Part shown: positions 25,553 through 36,080 of the stretch, piece after piece
Layout of the letters: each line of letters begins with the position of its first letter
Position numbering within the stretch: position 1 is the first letter of the stretch
NCBI GenBank assembly: GCA_964404855.1
Contig: CAYOLO010000001.1
Span: 530,736 to 594,735 of the forward strand
Source of the DNA: an uncultured Gammaproteobacteria bacterium
Lineage (GTDB): Bacteria; Patescibacteriota; Microgenomatia; CAYQLK01
Reading direction: 5' to 3'
DNA: 64,000 nt
The notes under the pieces: model-generated
What the model saw: the letters and a program-made list of their open reading frames with translations, nothing else
What the model was told of the DNA's origin: nothing
The model's database searches: none
Program-made: the position numbers and the translations under genes

Positions 25553-27628
25553 TTATTCATAACGCATTGCGTTAAGCGCAGAAATTTTGGTGGCACGACG
25601 AGCTGGGTAAATTCCGGTTACTACTCCGACAAGTAAGGATAAAATTACAATAAAGAACACAAAAGTTGTTGGGATAACAGCAATATCAATAAATCCAACA
25701 CCTTTTGAAATGGCAACAATCGAAATAATTACACTGAGCAATTTACCAATAGTAAATCCAAACATTACTCCTAATACTCCACCAAAAAACCCCATGATCA
25801 TTGATTCTGTAAGAAATAATTCCTTAACTTCTTTAGACTTCATTCCCATGGCTTTCATAAGCCCCACTTCTCTGGTTCTCTCGAGTAGTGAAACGGTTAA
25901 GGTGTTAAACATTCCTAATGCTGCCACAGCTAGCGCAACCATACCTAGTAAGGCAAGGACTGTGCGAACTGTGGCAAATAAGGAGTTAATTTGTTCAACA
26001 GTGTCAGCTACCGATCTAGTGTTAAAACCCATGGCTTCAATTTGTTTTCTAATCTTTGGTAAGACATTTTGGTTTTCGGCGACAATTTTTATTTGTGAGT
26101 AGTTTTCAATCCCCAGCGATCTTAGGTCAATAAAAGGAACGTAAAAAACTGGAGATTTTTCATCAGGTGTTACACCAACGATTGTGTAATCTGCAGGTAC
26201 AGACTCAATTTTTTCTGTCGCGTCTGCGAGCAGATTACCTACAACTACGAATGATGAAGAAAAAGTTTTACCAACCGCTTCAGTTTCGACGATACCTAAA
26301 ACTTTTAACATCGCTCTATTTACAACGGCTTGTCTTACTGCATTAGTACTTAGTGGTACTGTTTTGGTTTTTTGATTACTAAGGGCGGCTGCCTCTGAAG
26401 CAATAAGCGCAAGTTCTAAGTCTGCTGCACTGGTTGACTCGCTTGGTGATACGATTGTTGTTGTTGAAGCAGATGAAGTTGATTCACCCAGAACTTGACT
26501 AAGTGTAACTAGATCTGAGCCGAAGGTGCGAACATTAACTTGCGCAAAATAACCTTCTAGTTGTTTTTGTTTACCATTATCTTGTGTCACTATGTACTGA
26601 CCATCAATACAATCTGGATTTTTAGTGTCACAGATTTTCTTGTCCCAAACATAAACACTGGCTTTTATCCATTTGCCTAGCAATTGGCCGTTAGATTCTG
26701 TTCCGCTTGTCCCGTCTTTATTATCAGGGTAACTCCCTCCCCAAAAATATTGTCCTTTTTGATTACCTTCAACTCGTTTGGTGTATCCGATGATTGGGGA
26801 TGTTTTGTCTGGCTTGGATCTAACTTTGATCCAGATTGATGGTTCAATTTCAAAATCTATATCACCGATTAGTTGTCCAGATTTTGCAGAAGTTGTGTTG
26901 ACTCCAGCCACTTCAGGGCTTTGTTTTGGAAGACGACTGACAGGCTTACTTAAATCGTTACTCTCAAAGATTTTACCCTGAATGGGTTTGATAGCACTTT
27001 GACTTAAGTATTCACTGGTAACTCCGTAGACGGCCATATCTGAAATGGAGTTTTGAAAGTTAACTCTCCCGACGACTGCAATTTGGGGTAACACATCCTT
27101 AATATCATTGATAGATTTAAATTCCGTAATTGTCTTGTCGGTAATTTTAAGATTACTTCCTGATGCGACAGTTACATCAGCCTGTTTCATTTCTTCTAAT
27201 CTGGCGACTCTACCAACCACGAGATCTTGTACGCCGTATCCAAGTGAAACTAAAAATACAATTGCGCCTATACCAAGCGACATTCCCCCGACTGTGATTG
27301 TGGTTCGTGATCTTTTGACCCTCATGTTTCTGAGTGCCAGTTCAATCAACATTATTCTATTAATACTGTTACTGTCAGACTTGCGATGAAAACTTAGAAT
27401 TTTTCGATAAATTTTTGACAATGGGTTTCGAAATGCTCTTTCAATCGGTCTTGGAAAGAATCTAAATGATCCAATATGGTCCAGAATTAACCCAGAAATA
27501 TAGGTGACTAACAATATCGTGAATGTAATTGTTTCCCAAGTCCACACAACAAAAAAATAATGAACATAAAGCGGAAGATGTTTAATTATTTTTATAAAAA
27601 TTGATGGTCGAGGCAGGGGTAATCTCAT
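25553..27628 (-). CDS. MacB/FtsX-type ABC permease with enlarged extracytoplasmic domain
   Basis: LALRNM...RT, ERTREVGLMKAMG, LFLTES, GIYPARRA...AMRYE. Confidence 0.88.
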   Translation of the reverse strand: MRLPLPRPSIFIKIIKHLPLYVHYFFVVWTWETITFTILLVTYISGLILDHIGSFRFFPRPIERAFRNPLSKIYRKILSFHRKSDSNSINRIMLIELALRNMRVKRSRTTITVGGMSLGIGAIVFLVSLGYGVQDLVVGRVARLEEMKQADVTVASGSNLKITDKTITEFKSINDIKDVLPQIAVVGRVNFQNSISDMAVYGVTSEYLSQSAIKPIQGKIFESNDLSKPVSRLPKQSPEVAGVNTTSAKSGQLIGDIDFEIEPSIWIKVRSKPDKTSPIIGYTKRVEGNQKGQYFWGGSYPDNKDGTSGTESNGQLLGKWIKASVYVWDKKICDTKNPDCIDGQYIVTQDNGKQKQLEGYFAQVNVRTFGSDLVTLSQVLGESTSSASTTTIVSPSESTSAADLELALIASEAAALSNQKTKTVPLSTNAVRQAVVNRAMLKVLGIVETEAVGKTFSSSFVVVGNLLADATEKIESVPADYTIVGVTPDEKSPVFYVPFIDLRSLGIENYSQIKIVAENQNVLPKIRKQIEAMGFNTRSVADTVEQINSLFATVRTVLALLGMVALAVAALGMFNTLTVSLLERTREVGLMKAMGMKSKEVKELFLTESMIMGFFGGVLGVMFGFTIGKLLSVIISIVAISKGVGFIDIAVIPTTFVFFIVILSLLVGVVTGIYPARRATKISALNAMRYE

Positions 27629-28458
27629 GAGGTTGTCGTTGTTGCTGTTGGATTATTGTCTTTTGGTTTGGCTTGTTCTGGAAGATTAGTGACTGAATCC
27701 TTGTCGCGCAAAGAAACTTTTAGACGTTTGCTCTTAAGGCTGCCTCCCAGTTTGGATTTTTGGTCGCCGTGGAGTTTTTCTATTATTTGCCCATCGAGCA
27801 TACGAACGGCAGTTTTGGCAAATTTCATATATTCCAAGTCATGAGTGACCATAATAATAGTTTTACCTTGATTTTTGTTGACATCGTATAAAAGCTGCAT
27901 CATTTCTTGACCAGATTCGTAATCAAGATTGCCAGTAGGTTCGTCGGCGATAATAATTTTAGGGTCATTAATTAATGATCTGGCAAGAGCAATCCTTTGT
28001 TGTTGTCCGCTACTAAGTTCTGTGGGATAGTAGTCTGCCCAATCTTGCATTGAAACGCTTTTGAGCACCTCAACAGCTTTTTGATAGGCTTCTGCTTTTT
28101 CATGTCCTAGTAGCATTAGTGGAAATCCGACGTTTTCGGCAACTTTTAGTGATTTGATCCAGTTCGGCTGTTGATAAACCATACCAACAAGTTGTTTGCG
28201 TATTGTTGACCTGTCGTCTTCGGTCGTGGATGTATACATATCACTACCAGAGAACATGACTTTGCCTGTAGTTGGTGATTCAAGGCCGAGGATAATGTGA
28301 AGTAATGTTGATTTTCCACAGCCAGAGGGTCCAAAAATAATCATAAAATCGCCATCATCCACCTCCAAGGTTACGCTTTTTAATACTTGAACATCTTGCA
28401 TTCCAACCTTAAAAACTTTGACGATATCGGTAGCTGTAATAATTTTTTTGGTTTCCAT
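27625..28458 (-). CDS. ABC ATPase (LolD/MacB-type)
   Basis: GPSGCGKST, LSSGQQQR, IADEPTGNLD, MVTHD. Confidence 0.92.
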   Translation of the reverse strand: METKKIITATDIVKVFKVGMQDVQVLKSVTLEVDDGDFMIIFGPSGCGKSTLLHIILGLESPTTGKVMFSGSDMYTSTTEDDRSTIRKQLVGMVYQQPNWIKSLKVAENVGFPLMLLGHEKAEAYQKAVEVLKSVSMQDWADYYPTELSSGQQQRIALARSLINDPKIIIADEPTGNLDYESGQEMMQLLYDVNKNQGKTIIMVTHDLEYMKFAKTAVRMLDGQIIEKLHGDQKSKLGGSLKSKRLKVSLRDKDSVTNLPEQAKPKDNNPTATTTTS

Positions 28459-28460
28459 AT

Positions 28461-31400
28461 TTAGTTAGTTAGTCCTCCTAGGAATCCAAATATTTGACTA
28501 AGGTTGCTGATAACAAGATTTAGTGCGTTATCAGTTGCCTTGGGTGTGATTGTGACAGTGTCGATGGAATTACCAACATTAGCAGCTGAGTCTTTTGATA
28601 ATGCTCTTAAGTGATAAACCTTCGATGGTGATAATCCAGATATAACAACTAAATGGTTGGTTGTCCTTGAAGTGTCCTCTTGAGTTTTTTGAGAATATGT
28701 CGTGCCTGTTCCCTCACCAAATTCGACTTGGCTGGTTGATGCCTCATCGGTGTTCCAGCTGATAACAAGTTGGGCTGTCGCTTCTTGATTATTGTTGCCT
28801 GCCGTAGTTGACCCTTCAATGTTAAGTTCCGTAATTTGAGGTGCTCTGGTGTCTGTAGCAGTTGTGACCTTTTGAGGTTCAGAGACTGCTTCGTTGCCTG
28901 CTTTGTCTCTGCCTTTGACCAGAAGTGTGTAGTTGGTTTGAGGAAGCAGGTTTTTGATTATCATTTTGTGTTCTCCGGTAATTAAGGCTATGTTGATTTC
29001 GTCTTTGGCATCCGATGGGGAGTTTTCTGGATAGTAAGTGACGATAGATGAAGTATCAGTATTAGTAGACCATGTGACGAGCAAGGTCGATTGGGCTGTT
29101 CCATTGACTTGCTGTACTCTAACATTGGCAATTTTGGGTCTAGGAAGAGTTTCGAAACTGAGAATATTTCCTTCATATTCAGCTGACTCTGTGTCTAGGG
29201 TGTTAATCTTGTAAAAATACTTTGTACCGTCTTCTAGTTCTTCTAGCTCGGTATTGTAAGTGGTTGAAACAGTCGAAGTCGAAATTTCTTTCACTCCGCC
29301 AAATGCTGAGGTTTTGCCATAGTAAATTTTGGCTTTGCTTGCACCAGTAACCGTAAATTCCAGAATCGCAGAGGTAAGAGAGGAGGATTTTACTTTTGGA
29401 TCGGTAACCGTTGGAGCGGGTTCGGTGGTAAAAGTTTTTTCCGCACTAAATCCGGTATTTCCATCTTCGTCAGTCCACTTGGCTTTGTAGTAGTAAGTGG
29501 TACCTGGCGTTAGATTGGTGATATTGATTGTGTGAGCGGTCACTTGGGTTGAATTACTAGGTTCTTCAGAAAAATATGATCCAGATGCTGTTCCGTAGCT
29601 GACTTTGGAGTCGCTGGTTCTGTCCGTTGACCAGGTAATCGTTGCTTTTTTGGTAGTTACACTGGTACTGACTGGACCAGATGATAGCGCTGGGGCGTCG
29701 GTGAATTTGCCGGTTGGTATTAAATCAACGGCTGAAGTGTAAGCACCACAATTGCTAACACTGTCACAGGCTCTGACTTTGTAATAATGAGCTGCTTGCG
29801 TGAGTCCCGTGTCGACATAAGCAATACCAGATGTTGTGGCGATTTCAGTATAGGTAACATCGTCAGTTGAGTGAAAAATTTCGTAATTTTCAATCCCAGA
29901 TCCAACATCGCTTGGAGCTTCCCAGCTGATTGCAAGTTTCCAAGAGCTTGTGCTTTTGACAGAAACGTCTGCAATATCAATGTTACCTGGAATGCCTGGT
30001 GCTGAAGTGTTGGCGGTAAAAGTTACAGAAGCATAAACTCCGTAGTTAATGACACCTCCAAGGTCTTCGGGATTTTTTGCAGAAACATAAAACGTATTTA
30101 ATCCTTGTTGTGTGGCAAACGAGTCAGCGGAAAGAGACGTTGCCCCTGCACTGGTGAAGGTACAAGAATTTTCTGATGGTAGCGTGTTGACTGTATAGCA
30201 ATATGTCAGGTCGGATGCGCTACCTGAGTAGCTACTTGGTGCCTGCCATGAGAAGCCAAAAGAGTTGGTGGTGTTGGTCGATGGGGTGGCGGTAAGCAAC
30301 TGAGGAGCTGAAGGTCCTTCGCCTGCGAAATAATAGTTGACGGTTACACAAGCGCTGGCGGTATTGCCCGCATTATCGACGGTTCTTAGGTAGAAAATAT
30401 TTGCACTGCTTCCTTCGAGGTATGCTGCATCAGGAATGTTGACGGAGTTGGAGGTAGTAGAGGTCCATCCGGAAACACTGCTGCAGTTGGCGCTACTTGC
30501 GCCGGTTTGATATTGGTAACCAAACGATCCGCCGCTTAGTCCGGAGTGTGCGTCACTTGCTCCGCCTTCGGCGCCGGCGGCTGCCCAAGAGAATGTAAAG
30601 TCATTGGTTGTTGCGAATCCTGCTGGATTGACCGATACAAGCGATGGGTTGGTTGGAGATGTGGAGTCGTATTTATATATGAAGGCAGCGTAAATACTTG
30701 AGGTGTTGCCAGCATTATCTGCAGATTTGATTCTCAGGTAGTATGTGGTTCCGCTACTCATTCCACTTGCTGTATAAGTTGTGCCTGCTTGAAAACTGCC
30801 AGCAGTTTGAGGATCAGCGGTATTGTCGGTTCCGTAATATACGTAATATCCGGAAACACCAGATCCGCCGGTGTCTGTTGCGCCACTCCAACTAAAGTAA
30901 GGACCTGTGTGTTTGTACCAAGTGTTAGTTGTAATTGAGGACCCACCTGATTGGTTGAGTGCCGTTAGTGTGTCGGGTGGTGTTGGCGCTGTGCTATCGG
31001 CTGTGGCGGTAAGAGTGACCGAATTAAGGGTAACTAGTTGATTGCCGTTTCCGTCTAGTACGCCTTGCCAGACAAAACCTCCTGTGCTTACTGGAAATGT
31101 GGAGATATTGGTGTTAATCACAGCTGCTGTATTTGTTTGACTTGTTGAGTTACTGGTAACCCATCCCGAGTTGTAATATTTCCAAGTTGATCCGTTGTCG
31201 TTACTAAGTCTGTAGGTGATTGTGCCTCCGTTTGTAGTTTCGTCTGCAGTAAATCCATCCCAAGAAAGAATTCCAGAAGTTCCATAAGCTGTAGTTGGTT
31301 TGACTGTTTGAGCTGAAGCGGTATATGGGGTGGTATTGAACTCGGTTCTTCTGATATTGCTGATTCTGACTTCGTCGATTCGGCCGTCAAGAAAACCCTG

Positions 31401-34400
31401 ACCAATCCCAGTTTCGTTGCCGCCAAACTTCGTACCAATTAATACTGGATGTGCTGTATCAAGAAGTGTTAAAGATGTTGATAAAGAATTATCAAGCACC
31501 CCGTCGATATACAATCGCATTGTTGTTCCGTCGTATGTAGCTGCAATGTGATGCCAGTTAGTATCCTGAGAAGATGTTGTTGATTGCAAAACAGAGTTGT
31601 TTCCGTAAGCCCAAATAGTGGCATCTGCGTTTGCGGTGTCGCCAAGACCTGCATAAAGCTTGCCTTTATAAACTGACATAGAGGCTACACTTTCATTGAC
31701 TGTGGCCCAACCATTATTGAGGCTATCTCCACCGACTTTAACCCAGCTTGAATCATTCCAGCGCCAGACTTCACCATCACCAGCGGTTAAACCTAAGCCG
31801 GCATATAGATCGCCATTGTAAACAGTTAAATTACGGACTCTTTCGTATGTTGCAGCTGTCCAACTATTATTAAGCCCATCGCCACCGACTTGTGTCCAAA
31901 TTCCACTTGAGGTAGTGTATTTCCAAACTTCTGCGTCGTCAGCGGTAAGGCCAAGTCCAACATATAATCCACCATTGTAGGGGACTAATTGTTCAATTCT
32001 TTCATAAACAGTGTTCCAACTGGAGTTAAGGCCGTCGCCACCCATTTTGGTCCAGCCACTAGTTACTGTGCAACTCCCAATTGTACAGGTCCAAACTTCA
32101 GCATCGCCGGCTGTTATACCGAGACCAACATATAAACTATTTCCATAGACTGCCATACTAATAACTTGTTCAAAACCAGCTGCCCAGCTTTGTCCGCCGG
32201 TGCCTGTGCCATCTCCTCCAATTTTGGCCCAAGTGTCAGCTGTGCCATCGTATGCCCAAACTTCGGCTTCTCCGGCGGTGTCGCCAAGACCAGCAATTAG
32301 TTTGTCGCCGGCAACAGCCAGGGATCGGACATTGTCATAGTTAGTTGTCCAGCCTAACTTAAGACTGTCTCCGCCGATTTGAGACCAGACTGTACCGTTC
32401 CATTTCCAAACTTCGGCTTCGTTGGCTGATAATCCTAAAGCAACATACAGATCTCCGCGATAATCGATCATATGGTTAACGATTTCGTAGGTGTTAGCTG
32501 CCCAGCTAGAGTTGAGACCTTGCCCGCCAATCCTTGTCCAGCTTGTACCGTCATATCGCCAAACTAAAGCATTACCTGCTGTACTTAATCCAGTGCCAGC
32601 ATATAAATAGCTACCGGAAATTGTCATTGTTTCAACACTTTGCAGGTTGGTATAACCCCAAGAGTTGTTGATATAGTTACCACCGATTCTGTTCCATATT
32701 GAACCATTGAATCGCCAAACTTCACCGGATGTGGCTGTACCCTGAAGTCCGACATAAACGTTACTATCAAAAACAGTGATTGTTCTGATATTGGTGTGAG
32801 TGTTGGTAAAACCAAGAGCAGTTCCGTCGCCAGTTCCGTCACCACCGATTTTTGCCCAGGTTGTACAAGTTGCAGCAGTACAACTCCAAACTTCGTTGTC
32901 TCCAGCCGTATTACCTAATCCAGCATAAAGCGTTGATCCTGAAATTGTCACCGTCCAGACTTGTTCATAGGTTGTGTCTGCCCAACTAGAGTTAGTTCCG
33001 TCACCACCGATTTTTGTCCAGGTGGTACAACTACTTGTAGTGTCGCATCTCCAAACTTCGGCTTCTCCGGCGGCACTGTTTCCAATACCTGCAAAAAGAT
33101 AAGTCCCATCATTAGCAAGAGAAGTAACAATTTCATAAGTTGCGTCTGCCCAACTAGAGTTAATCGCATCTCCGCCTATTCTGGTCCAAGTTGAACCTCC
33201 CCATCGCCAAACTTCAGCATCGCCAGCACTATCTCCCAATCCAATGTGTAATGTGGTGCCAACGACCGTCATACTCCTGACGGCTTCGAAGTTGGTGTTC
33301 CAGCCTGAGTTCAGGTTGTCTCCGCCGATTTTTGTCCAACCAGATGTAACAGTACAGCTGCCGATTGTACAGCTCCAAACTTCGGCATCGTTTGCGCTTG
33401 ATCCTAGACCGGCGTAGAGTGTGGTCCCTGAAACGGCTAAAGCAGAAACATATTCGTATGTATTAGTTGCCCAGCTTTGGCCAGCTGATCCGCTTCCATC
33501 TCCACCGATTTTTGTCCAGGTTGAGCCGTTGTATTGCCAAACTTCACCTTCCCCTGCAGTAAGTCCTAGTCCAACAAAAAGGTTAGTTCCGTCAGTTGCC
33601 ATAGCATAAACTTCGTCATAGGTGGCATTGGTCCAGCTAGAGTTGATTCCATCTCCGCCAATCATGGACCAGACTGTACCATCCCACATCCAGACTTCTG
33701 CATCAGACTGCCCATTACCTAATCCAACATACAAGTCACCACTAATTTCGACTGATGATTCCACAATTAATTTACCGTTAAGATCCCAGCTTGCACTGCC
33801 GTTCATTTCGGTTCCAGTTGATATTCCGCCAGCCACCTGTGTCCAGCTGTCAGCATTACTTGGTGCTAATTCGTAGGTAAGTTTACCTTGAACTCTATCG
33901 TAGTAGAGCTGGTACTCGCCTTTATCGATAATGCCTTGGCGCTGTTGATTTGAGTTAGCGGAATATGCAGTATCCAGCTTGACCCAGGCTTCGAGGGTGT
34001 GAGACTGTGACAAAGATAGTGAGGTTGAGTCAGATACTGAGACATTACTTAGTGCCCCATTAAATTCGATTGAGTTATTGAGGTTCCCAGTAGTGTATGT
34101 TGCATTACTTGCTGTGGCTGCATTGGCATTTGAACTAGAATCGACAGGATTGCCAGAACTTTCATCAAAGTGAAAAAGAGCGGCAGTATTTGCGTCTGAG
34201 GCGTAGTTTTGGACTGCAAGTTTGGCACTATTGCCGGAAACGGTGATCATATTAGAGTCAGAAAGAGTGTAATCTCCCCCAACTGAAAAATCCCATTCTT
34301 GAGTAAGATCAGAGGCAAAAATTTTAGGAATAATTGTGTTGAGAGTTGTGTAAGCTCCAAATCCAAAACCAATACCAATACAAATTACTCCAAAAAGGTT

Positions 34401-34598
34401 GAACTGCCATTTGGCAATCGTAATTTTTTTCGTAAACAGAGTCTTGATTGTTTGAGGGTTTTTATTGATAACTGCGTTGCCAAGTTTTGGGATTAGGAAG
34501 AATGTTTTTGAAAAATGGTTTTTGGTACTAATTTTGAGGCCAAAAGTTTTGGACTGGGCTGGTTTATTTTTAATGTGGTTTATCGAGTCGTTAGTCAT
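28461..34598 (-). CDS. Giant membrane-anchored surface protein: LamG-like domain, 14 beta-propeller-like repeats, multiple FN3/Ig-like domains
   Basis: One N-terminal TM segment. LamG hallmarks (LFHFDE, TLEAWVK, WHHIAATYDG, IDEVRISN). W.KIGGDG repeats. FN3 motifs such as LTPGTTYYY and LSPSKVYHLRA. Confidence 0.85.
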   Translation of the reverse strand: MTNDSINHIKNKPAQSKTFGLKISTKNHFSKTFFLIPKLGNAVINKNPQTIKTLFTKKITIAKWQFNLFGVICIGIGFGFGAYTTLNTIIPKIFASDLTQEWDFSVGGDYTLSDSNMITVSGNSAKLAVQNYASDANTAALFHFDESSGNPVDSSSNANAATASNATYTTGNLNNSIEFNGALSNVSVSDSTSLSLSQSHTLEAWVKLDTAYSANSNQQRQGIIDKGEYQLYYDRVQGKLTYELAPSNADSWTQVAGGISTGTEMNGSASWDLNGKLIVESSVEISGDLYVGLGNGQSDAEVWMWDGTVWSMIGGDGINSSWTNATYDEVYAMATDGTNLFVGLGLTAGEGEVWQYNGSTWTKIGGDGSGSAGQSWATNTYEYVSALAVSGTTLYAGLGSSANDAEVWSCTIGSCTVTSGWTKIGGDNLNSGWNTNFEAVRSMTVVGTTLHIGLGDSAGDAEVWRWGGSTWTRIGGDAINSSWADATYEIVTSLANDGTYLFAGIGNSAAGEAEVWRCDTTSSCTTWTKIGGDGTNSSWADTTYEQVWTVTISGSTLYAGLGNTAGDNEVWSCTAATCTTWAKIGGDGTGDGTALGFTNTHTNIRTITVFDSNVYVGLQGTATSGEVWRFNGSIWNRIGGNYINNSWGYTNLQSVETMTISGSYLYAGTGLSTAGNALVWRYDGTSWTRIGGQGLNSSWAANTYEIVNHMIDYRGDLYVALGLSANEAEVWKWNGTVWSQIGGDSLKLGWTTNYDNVRSLAVAGDKLIAGLGDTAGEAEVWAYDGTADTWAKIGGDGTGTGGQSWAAGFEQVISMAVYGNSLYVGLGITAGDAEVWTCTIGSCTVTSGWTKMGGDGLNSSWNTVYERIEQLVPYNGGLYVGLGLTADDAEVWKYTTSSGIWTQVGGDGLNNSWTAATYERVRNLTVYNGDLYAGLGLTAGDGEVWRWNDSSWVKVGGDSLNNGWATVNESVASMSVYKGKLYAGLGDTANADATIWAYGNNSVLQSTTSSQDTNWHHIAATYDGTTMRLYIDGVLDNSLSTSLTLLDTAHPVLIGTKFGGNETGIGQGFLDGRIDEVRISNIRRTEFNTTPYTASAQTVKPTTAYGTSGILSWDGFTADETTNGGTITYRLSNDNGSTWKYYNSGWVTSNSTSQTNTAAVINTNISTFPVSTGGFVWQGVLDGNGNQLVTLNSVTLTATADSTAPTPPDTLTALNQSGGSSITTNTWYKHTGPYFSWSGATDTGGSGVSGYYVYYGTDNTADPQTAGSFQAGTTYTASGMSSGTTYYLRIKSADNAGNTSSIYAAFIYKYDSTSPTNPSLVSVNPAGFATTNDFTFSWAAAGAEGGASDAHSGLSGGSFGYQYQTGASSANCSSVSGWTSTTSNSVNIPDAAYLEGSSANIFYLRTVDNAGNTASACVTVNYYFAGEGPSAPQLLTATPSTNTTNSFGFSWQAPSSYSGSASDLTYCYTVNTLPSENSCTFTSAGATSLSADSFATQQGLNTFYVSAKNPEDLGGVINYGVYASVTFTANTSAPGIPGNIDIADVSVKSTSSWKLAISWEAPSDVGSGIENYEIFHSTDDVTYTEIATTSGIAYVDTGLTQAAHYYKVRACDSVSNCGAYTSAVDLIPTGKFTDAPALSSGPVSTSVTTKKATITWSTDRTSDSKVSYGTASGSYFSEEPSNSTQVTAHTINITNLTPGTTYYYKAKWTDEDGNTGFSAEKTFTTEPAPTVTDPKVKSSSLTSAILEFTVTGASKAKIYYGKTSAFGGVKEISTSTVSTTYNTELEELEDGTKYFYKINTLDTESAEYEGNILSFETLPRPKIANVRVQQVNGTAQSTLLVTWSTNTDTSSIVTYYPENSPSDAKDEINIALITGEHKMIIKNLLPQTNYTLLVKGRDKAGNEAVSEPQKVTTATDTRAPQITELNIEGSTTAGNNNQEATAQLVISWNTDEASTSQVEFGEGTGTTYSQKTQEDTSRTTNHLVVISGLSPSKVYHLRALSKDSAANVGNSIDTVTITPKATDNALNLVISNLSQIFGFLGGLTN

Positions 34599-34812
34599 AA
34601 AGTCAACCCAATAAGATTTGGGCAGATTTAATGTAGGAAATGTTAAAAAAATACAAAGAAGCCCAACACAACCCTACATAATTGTGTCGAGAAATCTACG
34701 CAAAACTCTATCTCCATTATATATACTCGTCCTAGCTGATGTCTATGTTATTCCAATAATTTAAAGATATTTTTGTATTACTTGTAATTAATTTTGTTAG
34801 TATTTAAAAGTT

Positions 34813-35994
34813 ATGTTCAAAAATAATCGTAATTTATTAGTTATCGCCGTAATTGCTTTTGTTAATGCATTAGGTTATGGGATTATTATTCCAATAATGT
34901 ATAGCTATTCTCAAAAGTTTGGACTATCTGATTTTGAAAGTGGTTTGTTGTTTGCTCTTTTTTCTTTTTGTTCTTTTATTTCAACACCCTTTATTGGCAG
35001 ATTATCAGACAAATATGGTCGCAAGCCACTTCTTATGGTCTCAATTACAGGTACTGCGGTCTCTTTTTTTATGGCGGCTTTTGCACCTAATGCAATTTTT
35101 TTGTTTTTAGCTCGGGCATTAGATGGAATTACAGCAGGTAATATTCCAGTAGCAGCTGCAGTGATTTCTGACACAACAGAACCAAAGGATAGGGCTAAAG
35201 GGTTTGGAATAATTGGTGCGTCTTTTGGTTTTGGCTTTGTGTTTGGCCCTGCTATTTCTGCTTTAACCTTAGGATTTGGTGACCATGTACCATTTTTAAT
35301 AGCAGGAATAATTTCAGTCGGTGCAGTAATCCTAACTGGAATTATTTTGCCAGAAACGAATAAACACATTGGAGAGGTAGCCAAGGGGAGAATTTTTGAC
35401 ATGGTCAAATTAGTTAAAGCACTAACTGATGACAAGGTCGGGCTGACATTATTAATTTCGTTTTTGATTAATTTGGCATTTGGAATGTTTATCTTTGCAT
35501 TCCAGCCATTTAGTGTAAAAGTGATAGGTTTAGAAGCAACACAGATTTCAATTATTTTTACCGTTTTTGGTGTAGTAGGTTTAATTGCGCAAGCTTTAAT
35601 TGTTGCTCGTGTTACTAAAAGATTTGGAGACAAAATTACTTTGAGATCTTCACTTTTTTTGTCGGCTATAGGGTTTGTCGGTTATATGTTTACAAGTGAC
35701 TTGTACGGCTTAATTTTTGTTTCAATTATATTAGCTCTAGCTAATTCGTTTAATGCCCCACTTATTCAAACTATTCTTTCAAAAGAAACAGATGCAAAAA
35801 GCCAAGGTACGATTCAGGGGCTGAATGCAGCATATGTAAGTCTTGGAACGGTTTTTGGTCCAATTATTGCTGGAGTGATTGCAACTTTAGCTATTCCATT
35901 GCCTTTTCTGGCAGGCGGTATAGTTATGTTCGTCAGTTGTTTGTTGTCGTTTAAGGTGCTTAAAAAGGGTGTGGGTAAAGAGTCAGCCTTTTGA
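34813..35994 (+). CDS. MFS transporter (TetA/DHA1 family)
   Basis: Motif A GRLSDKYGRKP, ARALDG, GFVFGP; 12 TM. Confidence 0.9.
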   Translation: MFKNNRNLLVIAVIAFVNALGYGIIIPIMYSYSQKFGLSDFESGLLFALFSFCSFISTPFIGRLSDKYGRKPLLMVSITGTAVSFFMAAFAPNAIFLFLARALDGITAGNIPVAAAVISDTTEPKDRAKGFGIIGASFGFGFVFGPAISALTLGFGDHVPFLIAGIISVGAVILTGIILPETNKHIGEVAKGRIFDMVKLVKALTDDKVGLTLLISFLINLAFGMFIFAFQPFSVKVIGLEATQISIIFTVFGVVGLIAQALIVARVTKRFGDKITLRSSLFLSAIGFVGYMFTSDLYGLIFVSIILALANSFNAPLIQTILSKETDAKSQGTIQGLNAAYVSLGTVFGPIIAGVIATLAIPLPFLAGGIVMFVSCLLSFKVLKKGVGKESAF

Positions 35995-36080
35995 TTTATT
36001 TATCCGGTAGCAAATGTTTATAACTTATAGTAAAATGGGTCAATCGCAGCTATAAAAGGCGGCGATTTTTTATTGCGATT

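Noticed and set aside
31600-33850. DNA-level repeats as a CRISPR array or DGR template/variable pair
   Set aside because: They are in-frame degenerate protein repeats; no constant repeat-spacer pattern, cas gene or reverse transcriptase.
34911-35633. 240-aa antisense ORF and similar short ORFs nested in real genes (e.g. 22249-22659, 61556-62023, 63631-63999)
   Set aside because: They are shadows of well-supported genes on the other strand or frame, with no motifs of their own.
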